Assembly: GCA_963781585.1 (NCBI GenBank)
Contig: CAWAGQ010000004.1
Location: forward strand, 1,024,001 to 1,088,000
Reading direction: 5' to 3'
From: an uncultured Gemmatimonadaceae bacterium
GTDB taxonomy: Bacteria; Gemmatimonadota; Gemmatimonadetes; Gemmatimonadales; Gemmatimonadaceae
Length of the DNA stretch: 64,000 nt
The notes beneath the pieces were generated by a model that saw only the letters and a list, made by a program, of their open reading frames with translations, did not search any database and was not told where the DNA came from. Shown here in pieces: positions 47,001-55,484 of this stretch (the stretch's first letter is position 1; each line of letters begins with the position of its first letter). Made by a program: the position numbers and the translations under genes.

Positions 47001-49164
47001 TAGCCGGGACCGCTCCGTTCTCGTGGGCGTGGTCCGGCAGATCGACCGCGTCGACACCCACCACCTCGTCGTAGCCGCGGCGGATGACGCGCAGGTTGTC
47101 TTCCACCACCTGCGCGCCACGATGTCCGAACTTCTTGTCGAGCTGCTGGTGGATGCCGTCGAAGAGCGCCGCTTCGCTGCCGCCCTCCCGCTCCAGCAGC
47201 GGCGAGACCCGGAAGAAGGCGCCGAGGAACGCCGCGCCCTGCATCCGGTAGCGCAGGTCGGCATCGGAGGCTTCGGCGGCGGCGATGCGAAAGGCGTCGA
47301 TGACATAGGTGCGAATTCCGCGGCGTCGGATTTCGGCACGCGCCCCGGGCGGCAGGGTCGCCCATGCCGCAACCGGCTCCAGCTCGCTCTGCAGCACGAA
47401 GACGCCGCCGTCGGCCAACCCCGCCAGAGGATCCGAGTGGCGGAAGACGTTCGGATCGGGGGCGAGCACGACGTCGACGTGTTTCAACTCGCCATTGAGG
47501 CGAATCGGCTCATGTGCGAGCGTGGCGTAGAAGGTGGTGGGTTGTCCCTTCTTCTCGGATCCGTATTTCGGGTTGGCCTTGATGTGCATCCCGAACAGCT
47601 CGAAGGCGGTCATCGACAGGTTCTTGCCCATCGTGATCGCGCCCCAGCCGCCCACCGAGTGAATGCGCACGGACGTCGAGTTCTTCGGCATCAGGTTGAA
47701 GTCACCGGCCGACTTGAGCGCGAGATCTTCGATGTCCGGGTACGCTTCGATCAGCTGCTCCTGCCAGATCTGGAGCTTGGGCAGGCGCGTGTCCCGGCGA
47801 ATGAAGTCGATACCGAGGTAGAACTGGCGGCGCCGCTCCGCGCGGGCCGCGGGCAGCATATTCTCGACCGCGGCGATCACGTCGCCAGGCTGCAGGTCGC
47901 GGCTGCCGAGGCCGAAGCACCCGGAGTAGCAGTCGGGGATGTCGTCCGGGGCGATCAGCTGGATGCCCGGATGCGGCACGCTCACGCCTCGAGCGCGGAA
48001 GTTCTCGTGGCCTTTCGACAGCGCGGCGCGGATCTCGCGCAGCAACGGGAGATCGACCGCCAGCGGCTGGTCGGTCCGTTCCAGCACCACCACGCCCTTC
48101 TTGCCGCGAAGCAGGCGTGAGATCAGGTCGGCGGGGAACGGCCGGAACATGGTGAGGTTGACCACGCCGACGCGGAGCTGTCGGGTTTCCCGCAGGAAGT
48201 CGGCGACCGCTTCGGCGTTGGCCACGAGCGAACCCTGTCCTACGATGAGATACTCCGCATCGTCGGTGCGGTATCCGGTGGCACGCGCATAACGACGCCC
48301 GGTCAGAGTGGCGAATTCGGCCATGGCGCGGTCAGTCAGATCCGCCAGGTGCTCGAAATAGAACGGGCGCTGGGCGGCGACCCCCTGGGCATAACTGTCC
48401 TGGTTCTGCACCACGCCGAGCATGGCCGGGTGGTCGAGATCGAACATCTCCGGAATGCGACGGCGTTTCGCGCCGAAGACGAGGCGCTGTGCGGGCGTCG
48501 GCGCGTCGATGAAATCGGCCGGGCTCCCGAGGAACTCACGCACCAAGTCGCGTTCGGGGAGCCGGATCGACTCGATGACGTGACTGGTCAGGAAGCCGTC
48601 CTGGGCGCAGATCCCCGGGTTGAGCGACAGTTCGGCGATGCGGTGCGCGATGAGATTGAGGTCGGCGCTCTCCTGGACGTCCTTGGCGAAGAGCTGGAAG
48701 AATCCGGAGTCGTCGACGGCGTGGTAGTCGTCGTGGCCGGCGTGGACGTTGAGCGCGTGCTTGGTGAGCGCCCGAGCAGCCACGTTGAGGACGTAGGTGA
48801 GTCGCTTTCCGACAGCCGGGTAGAGCGATTCGTGCATGTACACGATGCCCTGTCCGCTGGAGAAGTTCGTCGCCCGCATACCGGTCATGCTCATGCCGGC
48901 GGTAACGGCGGCGGCGGCGTGCTCGCCCTCGGGCTCGAAGAAGAGGAGGCGGCGGCCGAACACGTTGGTCTTGCCCTCGGCCACCGCGGCCGCCCACCCT
49001 TCGCCCATCTGTGTGGAGGGGGTGATGGGATATGCTCCGGCGGCTTCGCTGGCCGCGGTCTCCATCGCCACGACGGCGGCAGATCCGTCCATCGCCTCGA
49101 CAACGCCCGGATAGCGAGGCGGTGCCGCCGCTGGTTCGCTGGTCTTTCCCGGCCAGATCTTCAT
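44026..49164 (-). CDS. nifJ: Pyruvate:ferredoxin/flavodoxin oxidoreductase (NifJ-type), 1712 aa, with extra linker and C-terminal ferredoxin domain
   Basis: AYPITPST, VAARA, FRPFP, YGSEKKG, CTGCAQC..CP, CKGCNLC..CP, GACMGCGE, NSTGCSSVWG, GGDG, DTQVYSNTGGQ, TPC; C-terminal CTTCNEC..CP; start re-called to ATG 49164 (ATGA with rnfB). Confidence 0.88.
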   Translation of the reverse strand: MKIWPGKTSEPAAAPPRYPGVVEAMDGSAAVVAMETAASEAAGAYPITPSTQMGEGWAAAVAEGKTNVFGRRLLFFEPEGEHAAAAVTAGMSMTGMRATNFSSGQGIVYMHESLYPAVGKRLTYVLNVAARALTKHALNVHAGHDDYHAVDDSGFFQLFAKDVQESADLNLIAHRIAELSLNPGICAQDGFLTSHVIESIRLPERDLVREFLGSPADFIDAPTPAQRLVFGAKRRRIPEMFDLDHPAMLGVVQNQDSYAQGVAAQRPFYFEHLADLTDRAMAEFATLTGRRYARATGYRTDDAEYLIVGQGSLVANAEAVADFLRETRQLRVGVVNLTMFRPFPADLISRLLRGKKGVVVLERTDQPLAVDLPLLREIRAALSKGHENFRARGVSVPHPGIQLIAPDDIPDCYSGCFGLGSRDLQPGDVIAAVENMLPAARAERRRQFYLGIDFIRRDTRLPKLQIWQEQLIEAYPDIEDLALKSAGDFNLMPKNSTSVRIHSVGGWGAITMGKNLSMTAFELFGMHIKANPKYGSEKKGQPTTFYATLAHEPIRLNGELKHVDVVLAPDPNVFRHSDPLAGLADGGVFVLQSELEPVAAWATLPPGARAEIRRRGIRTYVIDAFRIAAAEASDADLRYRMQGAAFLGAFFRVSPLLEREGGSEAALFDGIHQQLDKKFGHRGAQVVEDNLRVIRRGYDEVVGVDAVDLPDHAHENGAVPAIPDVLDVPDAEQGIGNPGRFWEQVCAVCKLSQDVIADPFAAISAIPAATGAVRDMSGVRMEIPDFIAEKCTGCAQCWTQCPDAAIPGLVTGVEDTLGSAIDVAERQRAPLDRLRQLVKPVSKESRRVMAGDPSVDFATALRRAYDTVAGKLVTEPERRVAVDAEFEPVHATIAEMRFARTRPFYDLPESKAKASGGLLSITVNPEACKGCNLCVAVCPDQALVTVRQDDDKLARLRRNWEFWKQLPDTDDRYVNVSRIDEGVGVLPSLLLKKNSYRSMVGGDGACMGCGEKTTVHLVTSTIHALMGPRVERYVARLDSLIATLDAKARELLASSADLRAAGQAPAGEVTVPVDEDRRKRLALLARAIDELKDLRWRYLEGPAGKGRARLGMANSTGCSSVWGSTYPYNPYPFPWVNHLFQDAPSVAIGVFEGQMRKMADQFVSVRRAELLANDAYDAATHEKEFVAVGWQQFTDEEFAMCPPIVTMGGDGAMLDIGFQNLSRLLASGKPLRVVVLDTQVYSNTGGQACTSGFTGQVADMSAYGAVQHGKTEVRKELALIAIAHRGVFVHQSSQASASHLMGGILRGLQQRRPAVFNIYTPCPVEHGLADDWGQHAARLALESRAFPFLTYDPDAGGALADCLTLDGNPAVDDLWPSYTLHYADDDGAPGSMDLPLTIADWAATEGRFRKHFREVKHAAWNDEMLPFHEYVALAPDERAGKSPFIWATTGEKRLRRLAVSAEMVQLAEERLLFWSQLRQLAGLEVAPAIRERVLSAVESDFDRQVQELRSEYEKKLADLRASYPPLIARRLAQGLLRSAGGPHAATELLSRFATGVANDLVSDAVSAPAPSAIPSGSALAPDAASGSNGAGVTASHASSEAGPETAHRADGAVAAAAAAPPAQPQEDDDLAMEAYVESARCTTCNECTNLNGRMFAYNANKQAYVKDAKAGTFAQLVQAAEKCPVAAIHPGTPLNPKEKDLPKWIERAKPFS

Positions 49165-50000
49165 GCGTGCGCGCTCCCGACGAGACTGTCCTGACTGACG
49201 AACTGCGCCCGGTCGAGCCAGACGATCGCGCCGGTGGGACAGCGCTCGACGGCGCGTGGGTCCTCGAGTTCGACCTTCGAGTAGTCGATCACGGCGACGC
49301 CGGTGGCGACCGAAACCAGACCGACCGCGGCATCGACGACGCACTTGCCGCAGGCGGTACAGGCGACGCGGCAATCCTCGAGGATGTCGTCCCCGACGCG
49401 CAGGTTGCGGCACTGCACCAGCAGGTGGTGATCGACGGGCATGATGGTAAACAGGTCCTTGGGGCAGGCATCGACGCAGTCGCCACAAGCCGTGCACTTG
49501 TCGACGTCGACCACCGGCAGGCCCATGTCGTTCATCGCGATCGCATCGAAGTCGCACACCCGCGCGCAGTCGCCCAGGCCGAGACAGCCCCAGGCACAGC
49601 CCTTGGCGCCGCTGGCCACGGCGGCGGCCGCCGCGCAGGTGCGCACGCCGCGATACTCGGCGCGGGCAAAGGCGACGTCGGACCCACCCGCGCAGTGCAG
49701 TCGCGCGACCCGCTTCACGGCCGTGCCGGCATCGACGCCGAGAAACGCGGCGATGCCGGCGATGCCCTCGGCGTTGGACACGGTGCACTGGGCGGGCTGG
49801 ATGGTGCCCGCGACAGCCTGCTCGGCGAACGCCCGGCATCCCGGCAGGCCGCACGCGCCGCAGTTGGCGTTAGGCAGCATGGCGGCGACCGCGTCGATGC
49901 GCGGGTCCTCGTACACCCGGAGGCGCCGGTACGCGGCGGCAATCAGGCCGCCGAAGACCAGGCCCACGCCGCCGAGGATCGCGATCGCCAGGAGAATCAT
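49161..50000 (-). CDS. rnfB: Rnf complex subunit B (polyferredoxin)
   Basis: N-terminal TM; LP..NCGACG.PGC; GCLGLGDC..VC; CTACGDCVDACP; start re-called to ATG 50000. Confidence 0.93.
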   Translation of the reverse strand: MILLAIAILGGVGLVFGGLIAAAYRRLRVYEDPRIDAVAAMLPNANCGACGLPGCRAFAEQAVAGTIQPAQCTVSNAEGIAGIAAFLGVDAGTAVKRVARLHCAGGSDVAFARAEYRGVRTCAAAAAVASGAKGCAWGCLGLGDCARVCDFDAIAMNDMGLPVVDVDKCTACGDCVDACPKDLFTIMPVDHHLLVQCRNLRVGDDILEDCRVACTACGKCVVDAAVGLVSVATGVAVIDYSKVELEDPRAVERCPTGAIVWLDRAQFVSQDSLVGSAHA

Positions 50001-50013
50001 TGCCGGTCGCCCC

Positions 50014-51084
50014 TCACGAATCGCCGAGCCGGGACTGGGCCAGCAACCAGGACGCCAGCCGATCCACTGCATCATCGCTGCCCGCGTCGGTCACCGCTTC
50101 GGCCGGAAGCGGCGGCGCGAGCGGGGCGGCGGCCAGCGCCTCGAGTTGCCCCAGATCTTCCTGCATCTGCCAGACACTCGCTCCCCCGATCGTCCTTTCC
50201 GGTGCGACGCCGGTTCGCCAGACCGACAGACGCTGCCAGGCTTCGCGCCCACGAGCGGGATCGTGGAGGAAGCACGCCGCGCCGTCGGGCACGATCGCGG
50301 CAATGCCGGGCCCCGCGCTGGTGGCCAGGAGATCCAGTCCGGTCGCGTCTCCGGTCTGCAGCACCAGAGCGCCCGGGGTGACCAGGCGAACGAGGGGCGC
50401 CGGTGGGCACGGTTCCTCCACCACGAGCACCAGCTTCTCGCGCCCGTCCATGAAGGTCGCGAGCTCGCCCGCGCGAAGGTCGGCACCGCCGACCAGCACG
50501 ATCAGCGGCGGCGCATACCGTCGCTCCGTCCTGGTCCACGAGCGGAAGGCAAGTACGTCCAGCAGCCGATCGTGCTCGGCAGGAACGAACGCACCGCTGC
50601 GAATGAGTTCGATCGACAGCAGCGCGCCGAAGGCGCGACCCAGGCGGGACAGCGCGGCTTCCACGACTGCGCCGATCGAATCTCCCGGCGACACCCGGGC
50701 CAGGAACAGATCGTCGCCGTGCACCAACATCGAGCGCAGCGTGTCGACGGCGCGCTCCAATCGCTCACGCTGATCGTCGGACAACGGCGGCAGTGCGTCG
50801 AACAGATGCGTGAACACCGCCGGATCCACGCGCCCTGCCGCGAAGTGTCCCAGCTCGCGGGCCATGCGCTGGCGGCGGGCGTCGTCGCCCGACATCCGCG
50901 CCAGGCTGAGCGCCTCGGCCTGTTCCAGCGCCCCCGCCAGCGCGGCCCGGAATTCCGCGACCGGCCGGGCGAGCGCGTCGAACGCCAGCCGCAGGCGCTG
51001 TCTCGCGCTGCCCGATCCGTTGTCGGCGGATGCGCCAAGCGCGTCCAGCGCGGCCGAGACGAGTGACGTTGCGTCAGACCGCAT
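50014..51084 (-). CDS. Hypothetical protein; apparent degenerate paralog of the PFOR TPP-binding region
   Basis: 356 aa, overlaps korB stop; gapless 39-aa similarity to the PFOR segment before the GGDG motif; no GDG or Fe-S Cys motifs. Confidence 0.75.
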   Translation of the reverse strand: MRSDATSLVSAALDALGASADNGSGSARQRLRLAFDALARPVAEFRAALAGALEQAEALSLARMSGDDARRQRMARELGHFAAGRVDPAVFTHLFDALPPLSDDQRERLERAVDTLRSMLVHGDDLFLARVSPGDSIGAVVEAALSRLGRAFGALLSIELIRSGAFVPAEHDRLLDVLAFRSWTRTERRYAPPLIVLVGGADLRAGELATFMDGREKLVLVVEEPCPPAPLVRLVTPGALVLQTGDATGLDLLATSAGPGIAAIVPDGAACFLHDPARGREAWQRLSVWRTGVAPERTIGGASVWQMQEDLGQLEALAAAPLAPPLPAEAVTDAGSDDAVDRLASWLLAQSRLGDS

Positions 51085-52024
51085 AGCGATCGAGCTCCGC
51101 TTCCAGCAGAGAGAGACGTTCGTCGGCTGACCTGGGCGCCACCCGGCGGAGATCTTCGTACCGCTCCCGCGTAGGATCGCGATAGAAGAGCCCCAGGCGG
51201 ATGGAGTCGGTGGGTTCGGCGAGGCGCCGCGCCGCGTCGAGATCGCGCGGATCGTGCACCAGGCGTTGCTTGTAGATGCCTTCGATCTCCGGAGCGGCCA
51301 CGCCCGCGTCGTGCACCAGCAGCTCCACCAGCGCCGGCTTCTTCACGGCCTCGGCGTAGATGCCCGGCGTGTAGACGGGACAGCGCTGGAGGATGCGCAC
51401 GAACGACAGGCCACGATGCCGGTATGCGGCCCGCAACGTGGCGTAGAGATGGGCGGGAACGAACTCGGCCGTCTGCGCCACGAACGAGGCGTTGGTGACG
51501 CCTAACGCTACCGTCAACGGATTGAGCGACGGCAGGTACGAACCGCGGGGCTGGGTGTTGCTCGGCAGCCCGCGGGGCGTGGTCGGCGAGGTCTGGTTCT
51601 TGGTCAGGCCGTAGATGCCGTTGTCGAGCAGCATCACGGTCAGGTCCGGATTGTAGCGAAGGGCGTGAACCCAGTGCGCGGCGCCGATCGAACAGCAGTC
51701 CCCGTCGCCCATGACGACAAACACGTCGAGGTCGGGGCGGTGCAGCTTGATGCCGGTCGCCACCGGCAGCGCCCGACCGTGGATGCCGTGAAAACCGTAG
51801 GTCTTGAGATAGTGCGGGAAGCGGCTGGAGCAGCCGATGCCGGACACGAACACCGTCGTCTCGGGTCGCAGCTGTTCGGACGTGAGCAGCTTTTCCACGG
51901 CCGTGAGCACGGAATGATCGCCACACCCCGGGCACCATCGCGCCCGCGCGCCCTCGTAGTCGCTCAACTCGAAGTGGCGATCATCGTCGTCGGCGAAGAG
52001 CAGACCACACTGCAGCTCGTTCAT
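51074..52024 (-). CDS. korB: 2-oxoacid:ferredoxin oxidoreductase beta subunit
   Basis: WCPGCGD, SGIGCSSR, HGRALP.ATG.K, GDGD..SIG..H, N.IYGLTKNQ.SPT, QRCP; ATGA overlap. Confidence 0.92.
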   Translation of the reverse strand: MNELQCGLLFADDDDRHFELSDYEGARARWCPGCGDHSVLTAVEKLLTSEQLRPETTVFVSGIGCSSRFPHYLKTYGFHGIHGRALPVATGIKLHRPDLDVFVVMGDGDCCSIGAAHWVHALRYNPDLTVMLLDNGIYGLTKNQTSPTTPRGLPSNTQPRGSYLPSLNPLTVALGVTNASFVAQTAEFVPAHLYATLRAAYRHRGLSFVRILQRCPVYTPGIYAEAVKKPALVELLVHDAGVAAPEIEGIYKQRLVHDPRDLDAARRLAEPTDSIRLGLFYRDPTRERYEDLRRVAPRSADERLSLLEAELDRYAV

Positions 52025-53937
52025 CGTCCGGCCTCCCCACCGCGCGTCGTTCGGGCGCGAATCGTGTCCAGGATCGCTGCCGGACGGAGCGGCTCGCCGG
52101 GGACCCGCGTCCAGCAATCGACGTCCACCAGGGTGCTCGCCCGCAGCAGGGTACAGAGTTGTCCGCGCCGCCGGTTCTCCTCGGTGACATAGGGATCGCC
52201 CGACTGGTCGCTGTAGTTGAGTTCGACCGTCAGGACGTCGCGGAAGCGCGCGAAGATCTCCTTTAGCCCAGGCTCCAGTGGCGACAGGAACCGAAGGTGG
52301 ACCGCGGACACGGCGATGCCGCTGTCGCGCGCGCGGTCCACGGCTTCCTCGATCGCCCCTTTCGTGCTTCCCCACCCCACGATCAACAGGTCGCCTGCAT
52401 CGTCGCCATGGATTTCAGGCGGCCGCAGCATGGACTGCAGCACCGCCAGCTTCCGGCTTCGCATCGTGCTCGCACGCTGATGCACGCCGGCGCTGTACGC
52501 GACTTTGCTCCCTTCGTCGTGCGAGAGGCCCGTAAGCGTGTGCAGACCGCCGATCTGTCCCGGAATGAACCGGCGCGACAGCCCGGTGGCCGGGTCCCAG
52601 TCATACGGGCGCTTGCCATCCGGCACGCGGCCCAGGTCGAGCGGCGGCGCCTGCCAGGCAGTGTCGAGCACCGGACGCGGGAAGGGTTGCACGCCGGTGG
52701 CGAGGTTCGCGTCGGAGAGGACGACTACGACGGTGCGGAACGCCTCGGCGAGCCGCCGCGCGGTAACCATCACGTGGAAGCACTCTTCGATGGTCGCCGG
52801 GGCGATGACGATGCGCGGCGCGTCGCCAGGCTGGCCGAACAGGGCCGCGAGCAGATCCGACTGCTCCACCTTGGTAGGAAGGCCGGTGCTCGGACCGCCG
52901 CGCTGCACGTCGACCACCACGAGCGGCACTTCGGTCATCACCGCGAGACCGATGAATTCCGTCTTGAGCGCGAGGCCCGGACCCGACGTCACCGTAAAGG
53001 CCACCTTGCCGGCGTAGGACGCGCCGATGGCGACCCCGGCGGCGGCGATCTCGTCTTCGGCCTGGTGCACCACGCCGCCGAACTTCTCGAACACCTCGCC
53101 CAGGTAGTGCGAGACCGACGTCGCGGGCGTGATGGGGTACATGGCGCAGAGTTCGAGTCCGGCAGCGATCGCACCCATTCCGAGCGCCTCGTTACCGTTC
53201 ATCACCACCATCGCCTTGTCGCTGGGCACGGGTGGCACATCGATCCGGAAATCGAGGTGCGCCGCCGCCCAGTGAACCCCGAGGCGCACCAGGTCCACGT
53301 TGCGCCGGTACACGTCGTCGGACTTCTTGCGAAAGGCGTGCGCGATCTGCTCGTCGATTCGCTCCAGGTCCCGCCCGTAGATCCAGGCGAGAATACCGAG
53401 CGCGAACATGTTCTTGCCCTTGCGCGGATTATCGACCAGCGTCAGGCACTCTTCCTCCATCGGGACGGGGATGATGCGGTAATGGTGTCCCGAGAGTTCC
53501 TCCATCGCGGCTGACCAGGCGGCGCGGATGGACTCGTCGTCGTGCGTAGCCCAGCGGTCTTCCAGCAGAATCACCGCGTCCTCAGCCAGCGCGCCGAGAC
53601 GGTGCCTTGCCAGCAGCACCTGTTCATTGAAGGCGACAACGAGGTTGGTGTGGTCGCCCCAGTTGGTCACGGCGCCGGTGCCGAGGCGGATCCGGATGCC
53701 GCTGGCGCCTTCAGGAGCGCGGGGCGGGGGCTGGATTTCGGCGGGGATGATCTCGACAGTCCAGACGCCATTCCCCGTCTTCGCCGACACGGCGCCGAAG
53801 ATCTGGCCGCATTTCTGCGCGCCTTCGCCCGAGTCGGAGACAATTTCCACCGTGTGTTCGCGAACGCGCGTCGCCGGCGGCGCGTCTGGAGCCGCCATTG
53901 CATCGTTCGACAGCACGGTTTCGGAAAGCACAGGCAC
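52021..53937 (-). CDS. korA: 2-oxoacid:ferredoxin oxidoreductase alpha(-gamma) subunit
   Basis: DSGEGAQ, KNMFALG, MNGNEA, YPITPAT, QAEDEIAA, TSGPG, QRGGPSTGLPT, GWGST; start (GTG 53937) approximate. Confidence 0.92.
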   Translation of the reverse strand: MPVLSETVLSNDAMAAPDAPPATRVREHTVEIVSDSGEGAQKCGQIFGAVSAKTGNGVWTVEIIPAEIQPPPRAPEGASGIRIRLGTGAVTNWGDHTNLVVAFNEQVLLARHRLGALAEDAVILLEDRWATHDDESIRAAWSAAMEELSGHHYRIIPVPMEEECLTLVDNPRKGKNMFALGILAWIYGRDLERIDEQIAHAFRKKSDDVYRRNVDLVRLGVHWAAAHLDFRIDVPPVPSDKAMVVMNGNEALGMGAIAAGLELCAMYPITPATSVSHYLGEVFEKFGGVVHQAEDEIAAAGVAIGASYAGKVAFTVTSGPGLALKTEFIGLAVMTEVPLVVVDVQRGGPSTGLPTKVEQSDLLAALFGQPGDAPRIVIAPATIEECFHVMVTARRLAEAFRTVVVVLSDANLATGVQPFPRPVLDTAWQAPPLDLGRVPDGKRPYDWDPATGLSRRFIPGQIGGLHTLTGLSHDEGSKVAYSAGVHQRASTMRSRKLAVLQSMLRPPEIHGDDAGDLLIVGWGSTKGAIEEAVDRARDSGIAVSAVHLRFLSPLEPGLKEIFARFRDVLTVELNYSDQSGDPYVTEENRRRGQLCTLLRASTLVDVDCWTRVPGEPLRPAAILDTIRARTTRGGEAGR

Positions 53938-54209
53938 GCGTCGCCCCCCCTTCCGGGGTTGAGCCAATGGAGGGCAGGGGCACACGAGCGCCCAGTGGAA
54001 GCGGCCTTGCCACTGGCGTGATCTCTTGCCGGAACCGGGCGACCGTCCTCACCTGTCGGGTGAACGACGAGCTCCAGCACCGTTGGGCGAACCATAGGCC
54101 GCCACGGAGAAGGGCGTCTGTAGGGGACGCGCCGATGGAATGCGAGGGATCGTCGGTCAGCCGCGTGTCAGGCAATCGCTGACGCGCCGAGCGCGCCTAC
54201 CGACCCGCG

Positions 54210-55391
54210 TCAGACCGGCGCGAGGGACCGCTGGCGCACGCGCCCCGCCCGGCTCGCCGCTTCGCGCAGCCGCTCTGGTGAGGTGATGAATGAGACGCGG
54301 AAGAAGCCTTCACCGCCGGACCCGAACCCCGAGCCGGGAAGCACGATCACGCCTTCCTCCTCGAGCAGGCGCTCGGCGAACAGCGCGCTCGGCACGCCGT
54401 CGGGAACCGGGATCCAGAGGTACATCGTGGCCCGGGGCGCGTCGCAGGAGAAGCCCGCGGCGCGAAACGCAGCGACCGCCGCGTCCCGTCGCTCGCGGAA
54501 GACGCGCAGATTCCCGGGCACGAATTCCGCCCAACTCTCGAGCGCGGCGACCGCGGCGTACTGGATCCCCATGTACGCGCCGGTGTCCACGAACGACTTC
54601 ACACGGGCGAGGGCGCCACAGAGCTCCGGATTGCCGATCGCCCATCCGCAGCGCCAGCCGGTCATGTTGTAGGTCTTGCTGAGCGAGTGAAACTCGATCG
54701 CCACCTCGCGTGCTCCGTCGATCTCGAAGATGCTCGGCGGCAGATAGCCGTCGTAGGCCATCTCCGAGTAGGCGTTGTCGTACGCAAGGATGATGTCGCG
54801 CTCGCGACAGCGCCGGACGACGTCAGCGAGATACTCACGCGGTGCGACCGCGGCGGTCGGATTGTTGGGATAGTTCAGGTAGAGGACGCGCGTGCGGCGG
54901 AGGACCTCGTCGGGAACGGCATCGAGGTCGACGAGGAAGTTCGTGGCCGGGCGCAGGGGAAAGGAATACACCTCGGCGTCGGACAGGAGGGTGCCGCCGG
55001 CGTAGGCCATATAGCCCGGCTCGGGCACGACGGCCGCGTCGCCGCGCTGCAGATACGCGAACGCGAGGTGGGCGATTCCTTCCTTGGATCCGATCAGCGG
55101 CACCACTTCGCGGAGAGGATCGAAGGTGAGGCCGAAGCGGGTCTTCGTCCAGGAGACGATTGCTTCCCGGAATGGCACGTAGCCCAGCCCGAAGCCATAG
55201 CGGCCTAACGATGGCAGCTCCGCGGCGCGCGCGAGGGCCTCGATGGCGGCCGGCGGCGGCGCCAGGTCGGCGTCCCCGGCGCCCAGGTCGATGACATCCA
55301 CGCCCTTCGCAAGCAGTTCGCGTTTGCGCTGGGGAATGTGCGCCAGCGGATACGGCGGGAGCGCGGTGAAACGGCTGGTCTGAGGCGGCAT
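54210..55391 (-). CDS. Class I/II PLP aminotransferase (LL-diaminopimelate aminotransferase-like)
   Basis: LIGSKEGIAH, NYPNNPT, DNAYSE, FHSLSKTYNMTGWR.G, PG.GFG..GEG.FR. Confidence 0.88.
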   Translation of the reverse strand: MPPQTSRFTALPPYPLAHIPQRKRELLAKGVDVIDLGAGDADLAPPPAAIEALARAAELPSLGRYGFGLGYVPFREAIVSWTKTRFGLTFDPLREVVPLIGSKEGIAHLAFAYLQRGDAAVVPEPGYMAYAGGTLLSDAEVYSFPLRPATNFLVDLDAVPDEVLRRTRVLYLNYPNNPTAAVAPREYLADVVRRCRERDIILAYDNAYSEMAYDGYLPPSIFEIDGAREVAIEFHSLSKTYNMTGWRCGWAIGNPELCGALARVKSFVDTGAYMGIQYAAVAALESWAEFVPGNLRVFRERRDAAVAAFRAAGFSCDAPRATMYLWIPVPDGVPSALFAERLLEEEGVIVLPGSGFGSGGEGFFRVSFITSPERLREAASRAGRVRQRSLAPV

Positions 55392-55484
55392 GGCAAGGGC
55401 GGCCCTGAAGGTGGATTTGGCGCGCTGTGGCTGGCCGCAACCGAAGTCGGCGCTGAACGCTGACGGCTGACCGCCGCCCCCGCG

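Noticed and set aside
44536..48120. 1194-aa plus-strand ORF and other long antisense ORFs (e.g. 1011..2591, 11326..13110, 13780..15681, 18195..20057)
   Set aside because: Shadow frames of well-supported opposite-strand genes in high-GC DNA; no recognisable motifs
49165..49854. N-terminal extension making PFOR 1942 aa (apparent RnfB-PFOR fusion)
   Set aside because: The extension is an alternative frame over rnfB; rnfB has its own stop and PFOR an ATGA-coupled start at 49164
53938..54209. FNR or Rex operator upstream of the kor-rnf operon
   Set aside because: No TTGAT-N4-ATCAA or TTGTGAA-N4-TTCACAA-like site found
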